This document shows, one piece after another, positions 1-9,439 of a stretch of DNA of 64,000 nt (the first letter of the stretch is position 1; the number at the start of each line of letters is the position of its first letter). Source of the stretch: a virus; the IMG/VR virus record IMGVR_UViG_3300037502_001322, positions 1-64,000 of that record. One strand, 5' to 3'. The translations under genes were made by a program, and so were the position numbers. The notes under the pieces are model-generated. The model saw only the letters and a program-made list of their open reading frames with translations, made no database searches and was not told where the DNA came from.

Positions 1-242
1 AGAATACTAATCTCTTTGATGCACTTTGTCAATTGTTTCTGAACAAATTCTACATCTTGTTGGGCATAGTTAGTGTCTTCTGGTTGAAATTTAGAAGCTT
101 CACAATAGGCTGAATACATCTTCAACCCTTTCAGTTCACCATTATAAGATGTTATTTGGTTTGAAATTGATTGAATATAGAAAAGGAGAGCTTCACTCCC
201 CAAATCTTTAATATCATTAGTTGATTCTATTTGTTTAATCAT
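1..242 (-). CDS. hypothetical protein, truncated by the window edge (MIKQIESTNDIKDLGSEALLFY...)
   Basis: ATG at 242 overlaps the stop of the upstream ORF; frame is open to position 1. Confidence 0.6.
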   Translation of the reverse strand, partial: MIKQIESTNDIKDLGSEALLFYIQSISNQITSYNGELKGLKMYSAYCEASKFQPEDTNYAQQDVEFVQKQLTKCIKEISI

Positions 243-930
243 TTACGTAAACCTCAGACTCTTTGTATAATTCTCTTACCCAATAATGACCATCGGTTAT
301 CATTTTAAAATAATCATACTCTTCCATGGTTGGCTTCATCCAATCTTTAAAGTAATCTTGTAGGTCATAAGAGTTACCATTCAATATTGCTTTTAAAGTA
401 ATGAAATCAATTATCAAAGGAAAATTCTTATACCTACAAACACCATCTTTAACAAAACCAAGTCCCGTAGAGTAACCTTTACCCGTTAAAACTATTTGTT
501 CAGGGTAATTGTCTTCAATACTAAATACTGCATTTGGTAGTAATCTCGCTATGAAATTTTTGAAATTAAAATTACCAAAATTGAGGCCGCTTTTACTTGG
601 ATAATCTACAAGAATCTTACCGGGAACATTTTTGACACAATTATCTGCTTCTATAGTAGACAAAGAGTTTTTAATATTGCAATCTAAATCTTGGGCGATA
701 TGTGCCCAATGTTCACCCCATTCTTCAAATTCGTTAAATAAGGAGTCTACATCAGATAATTCCTTATCAATACTGCTAATAATAGAATTAGCTTCTGATT
801 CATAATTCTCATCAATAACTTTCATCAGATCTAATAGAGATTGTCTAATAGATCTTACCGTAGCATCTCTCTCAAAACTATCTGGTTTATCAACAACACC
901 AAATCTCTGTTCATCAGTTATCTTCCACAT
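235..930 (-). CDS. hypothetical protein with shared C-terminal YFxDWxxPTxEE module
   Basis: 231 aa ORF, AGGAG SD; contains DYFKDWMKPTMEEYDYFKMITDG near the C-terminus. Confidence 0.8.
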   Translation of the reverse strand: MWKITDEQRFGVVDKPDSFERDATVRSIRQSLLDLMKVIDENYESEANSIISSIDKELSDVDSLFNEFEEWGEHWAHIAQDLDCNIKNSLSTIEADNCVKNVPGKILVDYPSKSGLNFGNFNFKNFIARLLPNAVFSIEDNYPEQIVLTGKGYSTGLGFVKDGVCRYKNFPLIIDFITLKAILNGNSYDLQDYFKDWMKPTMEEYDYFKMITDGHYWVRELYKESEVYVND

Positions 931-941
931 TATTAAACTCC

Positions 942-2111
942 TTAGAAGTTACTTTCATTATCTTTTAGTAGATACTTAGGATCAAACACAGGTTTCTCTT
1001 TATAAAGAGTCTTCTTGCAATCAGGGTCAACCATCTCAAGATAGTCCATTGATACTTCATTCTGAGGAAGAAACAGCCTGAATTCTTTCCAGAAATGATG
1101 GTGTTTGATACTCCAACTTTTACCAAAATCTACTTTAGTAGAACCTTCCATATCTCCTGCCACCATTTCAAAATAGACACAAGAATACTCTAAATCTTCT
1201 TCGTTAGATTTGTTATCGTACCTCTTAAGAACAGTATAAGTCAAATTCTTTTTCTTAGCAGAATCTATTTTAGTTCTAAAATCAGAGAAGTTAGTCCACT
1301 TGACAGTAGTGTTGTCCCTACTATTAGGAAGAAGATTATAACTTGACTCTAATTTACAACTATCAACAACCAAGTCGATTGCTTCTGTTGGGTTAAATTC
1401 CCAACCTTCTCCTAATTTCTTTTCCAGTTGTTCTTTAAGTTTCTTAACTTTTAGACCATACATAGATCCAATGTGTTCTATTAATTTTTCGGAAGAACTT
1501 AAGTCAATCTTTGAAATCTCAGAATATACTTTAAGCTTTTCCGACAGTGGTGCACTGTACCCTCGAAATGAATACTTATCAAGACGCAAGGCGCTCACAA
1601 GAGGGTAATCTGTTCCTTTCCAGAACATCAGTTTACGTTGTCCTAAATGTTTAAAGAAATCCCTATGGTGAACAATAATTTTAGAGTGAAAACTATAGGC
1701 ACACATATTGATTGTAAAGTCAAAAGATTTGAAAATAGACTCACAACTGCTAACCTGATACCAATCAACTAACTCTCTGTCTTTAGGGTGGAACTTATAG
1801 TAAATAAGTTGCAGTATTATTCCTTGACTTTTGATAGTCATTGACTTATCAGTTATGAAATATTGTGCGTCAAAATTACTTGGGAGCGTAAAGATAAATT
1901 TATCTAACATCTCTTTAGATTCGAAATACAAATCAAAATCTGAGATTTCAGAAGAAGAGAAATAACTTGTCATTGCGCCACCAGCAAGAATAGCTTTTGA
2001 GGCAACAAGAGCTTCTTTAACGCTATCACTAAACGTGTTCTCTATCCTTTTAGTGAACTCATTATCTTCCATAATTTCTATGCTTTCTTGATTTTCTTTA
2101 AATTCTACCAT
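942..2111 (-). CDS. nucleotidyltransferase-superfamily protein (poly(A) polymerase/CCA head-like)
   Basis: LAGGA...SDFDLYF (hG[GS]x9-13DhD) and FDFTINM motifs. Confidence 0.65.
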   Translation of the reverse strand: MVEFKENQESIEIMEDNEFTKRIENTFSDSVKEALVASKAILAGGAMTSYFSSSEISDFDLYFESKEMLDKFIFTLPSNFDAQYFITDKSMTIKSQGIILQLIYYKFHPKDRELVDWYQVSSCESIFKSFDFTINMCAYSFHSKIIVHHRDFFKHLGQRKLMFWKGTDYPLVSALRLDKYSFRGYSAPLSEKLKVYSEISKIDLSSSEKLIEHIGSMYGLKVKKLKEQLEKKLGEGWEFNPTEAIDLVVDSCKLESSYNLLPNSRDNTTVKWTNFSDFRTKIDSAKKKNLTYTVLKRYDNKSNEEDLEYSCVYFEMVAGDMEGSTKVDFGKSWSIKHHHFWKEFRLFLPQNEVSMDYLEMVDPDCKKTLYKEKPVFDPKYLLKDNESNF

Positions 2112-2880
2112 TACTATTAAACTCCTTATTGAATTTCTCCACTAATTGATCAAAATAATCATCTCTAATATAGTCTTGAGTGTAGTCTTTATAGTTCGAC
2201 TTGTCAACAAATAAATTTCCTTTATGGAAACACCTTCCGTAAAAACAAATATTGAACAACTCTTTTACCTTTTGTTCGAATATGTTTAACGGACAGTTAA
2301 TAACCTTCTCATTAGCTTCTATTGGATAAATATCAGAGACCATCCACAGATAATCTATTTGATCGGATGATAACACACGACATTCTTCATTACCTTGTTG
2401 CTCTCTGTTTAGGTCAATCATATCGAAGACTGTATAAACATCAAACAGCCCAGCATAAACATTTGGGTTATTGATTAAGGATACCGCCCTACTTTTTACT
2501 TGTTGTGTTTTAGGTAAAACAATTAATTGGAATTGATTTAAATTAAACTGTCTTCTAAACATCACATTAAAATGAGTAGCTGACCCGTAAGGGTTTATAG
2601 AGTGATTGAATACTATCAACGTACCAATAGTTATAGTAGAGTTAGTTGCATAACTCTTTGGATGAAATTTAAAAGAAAAAGAGCCCCTTGATAGGGGCTT
2701 TGCAGTTTCTAACTCAACGTTCATTAATAATCTCCATATACTTTTCTTTAATCTTTTCCTGCTTCTCTTTGTCTTCAATAGATTCACACATGAAGAAATA
2801 ATCCCACTCGTCTGTTGTAGGTTCTGTTTGATTATTAAAATAACTTTTAGCTTGTGTTGCCAAACTGTGTAGACTTTCAA
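2098..2880 (-). CDS. hypothetical protein (true start probably the internal MNVELE, ~2721)
   Basis: ORF; GGAG precedes the internal ATG; 5' part overlaps 2714..3007. Confidence 0.6.
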   Translation of the reverse strand: MKVYTVWQHKLKVILIIKQNLQQTSGIISSCVNLLKTKRSRKRLKKSIWRLLMNVELETAKPLSRGSFSFKFHPKSYATNSTITIGTLIVFNHSINPYGSATHFNVMFRRQFNLNQFQLIVLPKTQQVKSRAVSLINNPNVYAGLFDVYTVFDMIDLNREQQGNEECRVLSSDQIDYLWMVSDIYPIEANEKVINCPLNIFEQKVKELFNICFYGRCFHKGNLFVDKSNYKDYTQDYIRDDYFDQLVEKFNKEFNSNGRI

Positions 2881-3007
2881 TTACAATTAAGTTCCCATCA
2901 GCAAGACCTTCAACCTTAGTTCCAAATAAATCTAATGAGAAATTGTGAGGATTGTAAGATTTACTGATATTTGTCATAATTAATCGCCTTACCGAAAGGA
3001 GCATCAA
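2714..3007 (-). CDS. small protein: tail-tube-like N-terminal fragment + shared C-terminal module
   Basis: SYNPHNFSLDLFGTKVEGLADGNLIVIE followed by SYFNNQTEPTTDEWDYFFM. Confidence 0.6.
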   Translation of the reverse strand: MMLLSVRRLIMTNISKSYNPHNFSLDLFGTKVEGLADGNLIVIESLHSLATQAKSYFNNQTEPTTDEWDYFFMCESIEDKEKQEKIKEKYMEIINER

Positions 3008-4442
3008 AGTTATTATTATCGTTAATGATGAACAATGTCTTTTGAGAATAAGGTTTAAATTTATTCTTTAGTTCTTGATTCATATTAAAGAAACCATCAG
3101 TGAATATAACCAACTGGTCAATCTTCTTGAGTTCTTCCAGTTTAGGGACAATACAACCAAGAGATGTCCCACCGCCTCCTTTCAATTGGAACGATTTCAT
3201 CTTTGTTAGATTAGATTGGTCATAAGTGTAAACATCATAAGCTTTAGTGTCCCAACAGAACACATTAATTTCAAAACAATTATATTGTTTAGTGATACCA
3301 GCAACTTCACTTAGCACTGTGTGCAATGCTTCTTGTGTCACCGACCCTGAACTGTCAACAGCAATAACCACAGAAACAGTTTCTTGTCTTGCTTTAGCTG
3401 GCAACACAATTTGTTGATTATAGTTCAATTGCCCAGACTCTTTCAAGTGTTTTGTCAGTGCAAAAGAACGACGATGGATTCGTTTATAATCGTGGTTGTG
3501 TTTAATCAAAGAAGGAATAACTTTCTTAAGATGCTTCTTCCAATTGATTTTAGGTTTCTTCCACTCCTTCATAATATCACGGATGTGAGAAGGTGTGCTG
3601 TCACCAGCATTCTGAGAAGCCATCTGAATATCAACTTTCATTTTATCAGAGGCTTTCTGATAGTCTTCTTTAGACATCTCAAACTTCTTGCCTGCAAGAG
3701 GATCAAGTCCTAACATCTCTTCCATAGGAGATTGAATAGAAGGTTTGTCTTGTGAGGAAGAAGGCATATGATAAGAACCTTTAGAACTTGCACATTTCCC
3801 GTTGTCCTCTGAATCTTTATTATCTTGTCGTTCTTTCTTCAACAAATCATAGACTTGTTCAGAAGTCAAATCATCATATTGTTCACTGTAGAGTCCTGCT
3901 GCAATAATAGGAGATTTAGTGATAGCTGCATTATAATCACCTTTGTACCAATCTTTCACAATTTGACGGTTAATCTTATAATCCCCAGCTTCATTATAAA
4001 GTTCAGGATCTCTTGTTCCTCGTCTCAGGAAATGTTCATTAACAATATGGTCAATCTCATGCCTGAACACAAACATGATATCATTAACATTGCAACCTTT
4101 CTTTTTAGTTTCAAGAATTTCTTTCAGTTCGTCATATTGTTCTTGTGTGACTCGTTGTTCAGTCAACATATGGTTCAAACGAGAAAGACTTTCATTATAA
4201 CGAACTTCAGGCATACCAGCAACAAATTCAGGATTAAACCAAATAGAGAAACCATCTGTTCCGGCGGTAGGAACAAAAGAATAATCTAACTTTAACTTTT
4301 GGTTCATTGCAAGCTGAGCATAGAAGGGATGTTCTCTAAGCATATCAAGGCGAGCCTTGCGAATCATCTTGATAGCTTTGTCTTCAAGCGCTTTAATAGA
4401 ATCTTTTTCTTCTTGACTCATAAGTTTCATTTTAGTATTCAT
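2961..4442 (-). CDS. metallopeptidase-like + VWA domain protein (DUF2201 type)
   Basis: TAGTDG, HEIDH zinc motif, C-terminal MIDAS DSSGS...GGGT...FTDG. Confidence 0.85.
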   Translation of the reverse strand: MNTKMKLMSQEEKDSIKALEDKAIKMIRKARLDMLREHPFYAQLAMNQKLKLDYSFVPTAGTDGFSIWFNPEFVAGMPEVRYNESLSRLNHMLTEQRVTQEQYDELKEILETKKKGCNVNDIMFVFRHEIDHIVNEHFLRRGTRDPELYNEAGDYKINRQIVKDWYKGDYNAAITKSPIIAAGLYSEQYDDLTSEQVYDLLKKERQDNKDSEDNGKCASSKGSYHMPSSSQDKPSIQSPMEEMLGLDPLAGKKFEMSKEDYQKASDKMKVDIQMASQNAGDSTPSHIRDIMKEWKKPKINWKKHLKKVIPSLIKHNHDYKRIHRRSFALTKHLKESGQLNYNQQIVLPAKARQETVSVVIAVDSSGSVTQEALHTVLSEVAGITKQYNCFEINVFCWDTKAYDVYTYDQSNLTKMKSFQLKGGGGTSLGCIVPKLEELKKIDQLVIFTDGFFNMNQELKNKFKPYSQKTLFIINDNNNFDAPFGKAINYDKYQ

Positions 4443-4828
4443 TACATATTACCCTCAAAATATTCATCACCAAAAGCATAATAACAGTTTTCTTCCGACC
4501 AAGGTAACCTAAAACCTTCTACCATTTCAAGATAATTCTGTTCCTCTTTAGATGGTCTCTTCCAGTTTTTGAAATAAGAAACCCACGAATACATAAGAAT
4601 ATCTTTCCCGTAGACTGTCAAGAAACTTTCGTTGTAAGGATGAACAGTAAACCCGTAAGTAACACCCAGAGCACCCCACGTTTTGTTAATGCCGTTCCAC
4701 CAAGAAGGTTGCCAATGGTCTCTGCGAGGGTGATACATTTCCTTTCTTTCCTCAAAATCGTTATGTTGAAACTTATCCAACCAATTTTTATTCGCTAAAT
4801 AGAAGTCATTGTCAGTTTCTACTATCAT
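4442..4828 (-). CDS. hypothetical protein with shared C-terminal module; paralogue of 5081..5425
   Basis: NKNWLDKFQHNDF N-terminus; SYFKNWKRPSKEEQNYLEMVEGFRLPWSE. Confidence 0.8.
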   Translation of the reverse strand: MIVETDNDFYLANKNWLDKFQHNDFEERKEMYHPRRDHWQPSWWNGINKTWGALGVTYGFTVHPYNESFLTVYGKDILMYSWVSYFKNWKRPSKEEQNYLEMVEGFRLPWSEENCYYAFGDEYFEGNM

Positions 4829-4832
4829 TTTA

Positions 4833-5093
4833 TTAAACTCCTAATATTCCACAAATTAACATAGACCATAGACAAACAATAGCACCAAAGGACATAAGAT
4901 TCAAGTAAACCGAACCATATTTCTCATTCTTAGATTTACAATCTTTATAATTTAGGATTCTAACAAATTCTTTCTGTCCAAGGTAATAATAAAAGAATAC
5001 CAGCCAAACAGATAATTGAGTCCCGACAATAGCAAAAGATTTAGTTAACTCATAAGCAGAAAAGAATTGTTCAATCATTGTTAATCCTCCCAA
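4833..5093 (-). CDS. small membrane protein (2 TM)
   Basis: two hydrophobic segments; GGAGG before MIEQ. Confidence 0.6.
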   Translation of the reverse strand: MGGLTMIEQFFSAYELTKSFAIVGTQLSVWLVFFYYYLGQKEFVRILNYKDCKSKNEKYGSVYLNLMSFGAIVCLWSMLICGILGV

Positions 5094-5425
5094 ATAAAGG
5101 GTTCGTCTTCACTCCAAGGAAGACGATAGCCATTAACTAATTCATAATAACCCATCTCTTCTTTGGTTGGTCTTTTCCAGTTAAGGAAATATTCCTTTAT
5201 GTTATTCTTATCCTCACTCTCCCCATAATTTAACGCTATTAAATTCCCGTTTTTATTAACTTCTAAAGAATATTCATTAGATAATACATACAATTTAGAA
5301 GGGTCTCTGTGTATATAATCAATATTACCGTCCCACCATGCAGGGACATCATCGATTCCATAATCATTGTGTTCAAATTTATCTAGCCAACTCTTATTCA
5401 GTTTTACAAACATATGAACATTCAT
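5081..5425 (-). CDS. hypothetical protein with shared C-terminal module
   Basis: NKSWLDKFEHNDY; EYFLNWKRPTKEEMGYYELVNGYRLPWSE. Confidence 0.8.
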   Translation of the reverse strand: MNVHMFVKLNKSWLDKFEHNDYGIDDVPAWWDGNIDYIHRDPSKLYVLSNEYSLEVNKNGNLIALNYGESEDKNNIKEYFLNWKRPTKEEMGYYELVNGYRLPWSEDEPFIWED

Positions 5426-5479
5426 ATTCTATAATCTCCAATATACATATAACCATAGATTAATCATAACACAAACAAA

Positions 5480-5514
5480 GAAAAAGGCAACCATCTTTTC
5501 AGATAGTCGCCTTA
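5480..5514 (-). terminator. probable intrinsic terminator after the AAA gene
   Basis: aaggcaaccatc/gatagtcgcctt stem with U-tract on the - strand. Confidence 0.5.
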
Positions 5515-5529
5515 AAATTAATATTTTAT

Positions 5530-6681
5530 TTATTCAGAGAAGCAATCTTGAAGACTCATATATTTAACAATAATCTTCTTCATGCTTCCAAGTTGAGCAG
5601 CTTTAGCTGAAAGCATTGTCCTAGTTTTAGCTTCACGTATTGTGTCATTAACTTTACGAACTGTCGCAACGAACATCTCAACTTCTTGCCCAAAAGACTC
5701 AAGTAAGAAGTGGAAGTAGTTATCCAACTTAACCATGAAATCTTCAGTTGGTAGAACATCTTCAGGTTTTTCCATATGCTCTTTAATCAGAGACAAACAA
5801 CCTTGAGTGATCATGTACATATGGGAAGGTTCATAATCGTCTGCTTCATATTTCTTAACTCGACCTTCAAGGATATCAAACGCTGAAGGAAGTTTACCAT
5901 TAAGTTGATAAGAAGCTTTCAGCTCAATCATTGGTGCTGAGCCGACCAAACCTTGAATGCCAATCCAACCAAGACGTTCACTAATCAGTTTCTTATCCAT
6001 CTCATGCAACACACCAGAAACAGCTTCCCAGCTACGGGCAGTGCAGAAAGAAGGTTCATCATTCTGAGGATCTGTGTTAAAGAATTCAGGATTAGAGCGC
6101 AACAGACCTACCACCGCAGGATGAATGTTATTATCTGAAGCATAACCTTCCAACCATCCTTCAACGTCAGGTTTAACTTCAACAATCATTAGACGGTTAG
6201 CCAAAGGACTAAGGAGTTCATAACCTGCACCATTATCGAACACACGGTTAGCAGCAAGAGAAATTCGTGCTTTCTCAGGGAAATGAAACTCACCAATGCG
6301 ACGATCCAAACAAATCTGATAGCAAACATGTTGCATTGCTGGTGTTCCGTGAAGAACCTCATCCAGAAAGATGATGCCCTCCCAATCAGGATCTTTAGGC
6401 CAGAAACTAACAAAAGCATAGACTGTTTCAACTGAACCGTCTTCTTGTGTCACAGGAACTTGAATACCTGAAAGGTCTGTTGGTTCTTTATCTGACACAC
6501 GAACATCAATAATGTTTCCATTATAACGTTCTTGAGCATATTGATTAACAATATGGCTCTTCCCAGACCCTGCTGGACCAAGGACAAGACAAGGACGTTT
6601 AACACGAAACCCCAATTCAATCATTTCAGGAATATCTTCAACACCGATTTGATTAGTGAAAATATAATCTTGTGAACTCAT
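5530..6681 (-). CDS. MoxR-like AAA+ ATPase
   Basis: Walker A GPAGSGKS, Walker B IIFLDE, sensor AANR, LANR arginine finger; near a VWA partner. Confidence 0.9.
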   Translation of the reverse strand: MSSQDYIFTNQIGVEDIPEMIELGFRVKRPCLVLGPAGSGKSHIVNQYAQERYNGNIIDVRVSDKEPTDLSGIQVPVTQEDGSVETVYAFVSFWPKDPDWEGIIFLDEVLHGTPAMQHVCYQICLDRRIGEFHFPEKARISLAANRVFDNGAGYELLSPLANRLMIVEVKPDVEGWLEGYASDNNIHPAVVGLLRSNPEFFNTDPQNDEPSFCTARSWEAVSGVLHEMDKKLISERLGWIGIQGLVGSAPMIELKASYQLNGKLPSAFDILEGRVKKYEADDYEPSHMYMITQGCLSLIKEHMEKPEDVLPTEDFMVKLDNYFHFLLESFGQEVEMFVATVRKVNDTIREAKTRTMLSAKAAQLGSMKKIIVKYMSLQDCFSE

Positions 6682-6711
6682 TAGCTATTCTCCTTTGTTT
6701 AACTTAAACTA

Positions 6712-7254
6712 TTATCTCTTAAGAAATACATGATTGTCAATCTTTTTAACTCTAACCATGCTGTCTGACCACTTCGGTTTCACTTTATAAGGATTGAAAT
6801 AATGGTCAGCATTTCCGACCACATTCTTCCCTTCACCTTTGATAACTTTACTCGCTATTCTGTAAGCTGTCAACCTAGATTTGAATTCTCTCATTTTTAA
6901 ATCTTCAACATCTTGCCAGAAACTAAACTGAGCTTTTTGTTTAACAACCCCAACTATTGTATCAGGCCAATGCTTAGAAACAACCCTATTTTCAATAACA
7001 TTCGCAATAGCATAAAGACCATCAATACTTTCTGACCTACCTTCGTGGTACAGAGTCAATGCTAACATTTCAAGGTCTTGTTGTGGTGATCTTGGAATAT
7101 TAACAGGTTCATAGTAGTAAATCCAGTCTGACGAATAGTTATATTCTGTTTGAACATTAGCAGAAACTAAATTAGAGAAAGCTAATGAAGTTACAAAACC
7201 TACAGATAAAATAAAAGCAGGGATTTTAACCCTGCAAATAAAGTTAGTGTTCAT
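6712..7254 (-). CDS. SleB-like cell wall hydrolase (Hydrolase_2)
   Basis: LALTLYHEGRSE...AIANVIENRV...WPDTI...QFS...HYF...IDNHVF; N-terminal signal. Confidence 0.9.
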   Translation of the reverse strand: MNTNFICRVKIPAFILSVGFVTSLAFSNLVSANVQTEYNYSSDWIYYYEPVNIPRSPQQDLEMLALTLYHEGRSESIDGLYAIANVIENRVVSKHWPDTIVGVVKQKAQFSFWQDVEDLKMREFKSRLTAYRIASKVIKGEGKNVVGNADHYFNPYKVKPKWSDSMVRVKKIDNHVFLKR

Positions 7255-7265
7255 TGTCAGTCCCT

Positions 7266-7547
7266 TTACTGGTTATTAATTTTAATCAGAACTATACAAG
7301 CGGCACGAAGAATATTCTTATCAATATGATAAGTTCCAAGAACAGGTGTTGGTCCGTGATATGCTATAGGATAAACAGAAACACCAGCTTTGAATTCTAA
7401 ACTTATTTGATATTCTTGACACAGCTCAAGAGTTCTCTTCCAATCATTGCACCAATCGACTGGTTTATCTGTTGATTCCACAATATCGTTAACCAGTTCA
7501 TTAATGGTTTTGTCTGAGACATTATTCCAATCTACATTAACTACCAT
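7266..7547 (-). CDS. hypothetical protein (NinX-like)
   Basis: DWCNDW...LRAACIVL pattern; AGGAG SD. Confidence 0.55.
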   Translation of the reverse strand: MVVNVDWNNVSDKTINELVNDIVESTDKPVDWCNDWKRTLELCQEYQISLEFKAGVSVYPIAYHGPTPVLGTYHIDKNILRAACIVLIKINNQ

Positions 7548-7674
7548 TTGTTATACTCCTTTATTATCTGATTACTCAGCCTACACACTTGGTTGCCTAA
7601 ACTATTCACCTAACACCATATTGATATCATCTCTCAAATCTCTGAGACTGTCAAGATCAAAAACACAATTAACT

Positions 7675-7893
7675 TTATAAGGTTTTCCTTGTGCTCCGAC
7701 AAAAAAAGGGAAGTTCTACGTGAGCAACATTATCTTCTTTAGAAGAATCATAATTGTTCACAACACCAGTGAAAGCATCAACCCACTGATAAACTATCTT
7801 CTTATCAACCTTTCTTTTATTATGAAAGTCAACATTAATCACATTAGATTTGTGAATCTTAGTGCGAGGGTCAGTGTAAGTTTCTTGTGTCAT
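7675..7893 (-). CDS. hypothetical protein
   Basis: AAGGAG SD, 72 aa. Confidence 0.55.
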   Translation of the reverse strand: MTQETYTDPRTKIHKSNVINVDFHNKRKVDKKIVYQWVDAFTGVVNNYDSSKEDNVAHVELPFFCRSTRKTL

Positions 7894-7973
7894 TTGTAGT
7901 TCTCCTTATTATCTTGATTTAAAATATTAACATTCATAGTTTATCTTAAATTCATACTGACATACTATAGCAC

Positions 7974-8498
7974 TTAAAATGCCTTGTCAATATCTTTTCT
8001 ATTCTCTACGATAGGGAGTGGCTGACCTTCACTCCAGATCAAATCAATATCAGTTACCATTTTAAAATAATTAAGTTCGTCTCGTGTAGGTCTTGTCCAA
8101 TCTTGAAAATATACAGGAAGATGAATTTCCTCCTGATTTGATGTAATTATTCTGCAATGATTGTTACCATAGTCGTACACCATTCCTTGTTTAATTGAAC
8201 CTCGATCTCCTTGGTACACTGCAAGATAACGTGTAGATTCGTTATGAAAAAGTTCAGGATAAGGCATACCTAATGAGTCAAGAAACCTTACCATCAAAGA
8301 AATAACTTCACCGAACTCTCCTTGCAACATCCATTCATCTCGTGAGTGTAAATGGACACCGAAAGTCTTAACATAGAGGGGTTCATAAGGCTCTAAATTA
8401 ATTTTACTTATAGGTAAATTATCTTCGTGATAATACCTGTTCATCCAACCTTCCGTGAAATTAAACACCTTCATCTGTTCTTCATAACTCATAATCAA
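7974..8498 (-). CDS. hypothetical protein with shared C-terminal module
   Basis: VYFQDWTRPTRDELNYFKMVTDIDLIWSE. Confidence 0.8.
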   Translation of the reverse strand: MIMSYEEQMKVFNFTEGWMNRYYHEDNLPISKINLEPYEPLYVKTFGVHLHSRDEWMLQGEFGEVISLMVRFLDSLGMPYPELFHNESTRYLAVYQGDRGSIKQGMVYDYGNNHCRIITSNQEEIHLPVYFQDWTRPTRDELNYFKMVTDIDLIWSEGQPLPIVENRKDIDKAF

Positions 8499-8600
8499 TT
8501 TCCTTGTTTAATAAATATCACCTATATAAATATGCAACAATCAAAGCATACACTAATCTCCACAGAACGTCAACTTGAAACCGGATTATACTTGTTAAAA

Positions 8601-8682
8601 CACACCTAAAAACGATTTCTAGGTCATACCCCAAGCCTACCTACAGGGGCACTGTTAGAGTCGCTTAGAATACACCAGAATC
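8601..8682 (-). repeat. ~75-bp hairpin leader element, copy 1
   Basis: reverse complement aligns with 62641..62713 and 63161..63250 (tagaaatcgttt core, (a/c)ccct...(a/g)gggt stem). Confidence 0.8.
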
Positions 8683-8727
8683 AGCTAAATTGCCTATACT
8701 TTGTTATAGCTGTGAAGCACTTCTTGG

Positions 8728-8763
8728 ATTTCAGGCAAAAGAAAACCCGGCGCGAGGCCGGGC
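8728..8763 (-). terminator. intrinsic terminator, near-identical to 57164..57200
   Basis: cccggc/gccggg stem + TTTTCTTTT on the - strand. Confidence 0.8.
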
Positions 8764-8797
8764 TTACTAATAACCATTTTTAAACAATAGCATCAAC

Positions 8798-9305
8798 AAG
8801 ACCTTGGGTGGTAAGTTTAACACAGAGACTTGTGCGTTACTTATCCTTCAAGGTCTTTTATCTAATCCACACCTATCTTAGTTATTATACTACCCAACAT
8901 TCAAATAGATGATATCTATAAGAAAGAGATATAACTGTATAATGAAATTAAGATAATTAATCAACATTATTATCATTTATCAGGGACGTAATTTTCTACG
9001 TTTACGGGATACAGTTCAACACTGTATCAGTGGTATGACTTATTATAAAAGATAAATCATCACTCTTTATTAGATCCGTAAGAGAAGGCTCGTGACACCC
9101 TGTAGACCCGGTTATTATGATAGCGACAAAGGTCTTCGTTCCTTTGTTGTGCAAGCTAACATCATTCCCCGGTTTACCACCCGTTCTAACCTGTTTATCC
9201 CTTAAGCATTATTGCAACATATTGTAAGCGTGGTTGGGAAGTCGTCTTGAAAACTCTGATAATAATGGTATTATTGTAGTGATAGTAACCCTAATCACTG
9301 TAGGT
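8798..9305 (+). ncRNA. candidate large structured non-coding RNA or ssDNA element
   Basis: no ORF; 11-bp closing helix 8965-8975/9257-9267 and many internal hairpins, G.U pairs mostly on +. Confidence 0.45.
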
Positions 9306-9359
9306 TATACACCCTCTGGTTGATTATACCTTTTTATCCAAGTTTTGTATTTATCGTGG

Positions 9360-9389
9360 TTGACTTGGTGTAAAACCACGTGGTACAAT
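9360..9389 (+). promoter_or_regulatory. sigma70-like promoter
   Basis: TTGACT-N18-TACAAT with TG extension. Confidence 0.6.
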
Positions 9390-9439
9390 CAATCATAGTC
9401 AAAGTTTATCACTATTTACTATGAAAATCAAGAGGTGTT

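Noticed and set aside
3384-4481. Short + strand ORFs opposite the VWA gene, and similar 60-150 aa antisense ORFs elsewhere
   Set aside because: Fully overlap well-supported genes on the other strand and lack SD sequences
8965-9267. Retron msr-msd, tmRNA or tRNA-Ser (gtcttgaaaac)
   Set aside because: No reverse transcriptase nearby, no tRNA-like acceptor/T arm or tag ORF found; kept only as an unknown structured element
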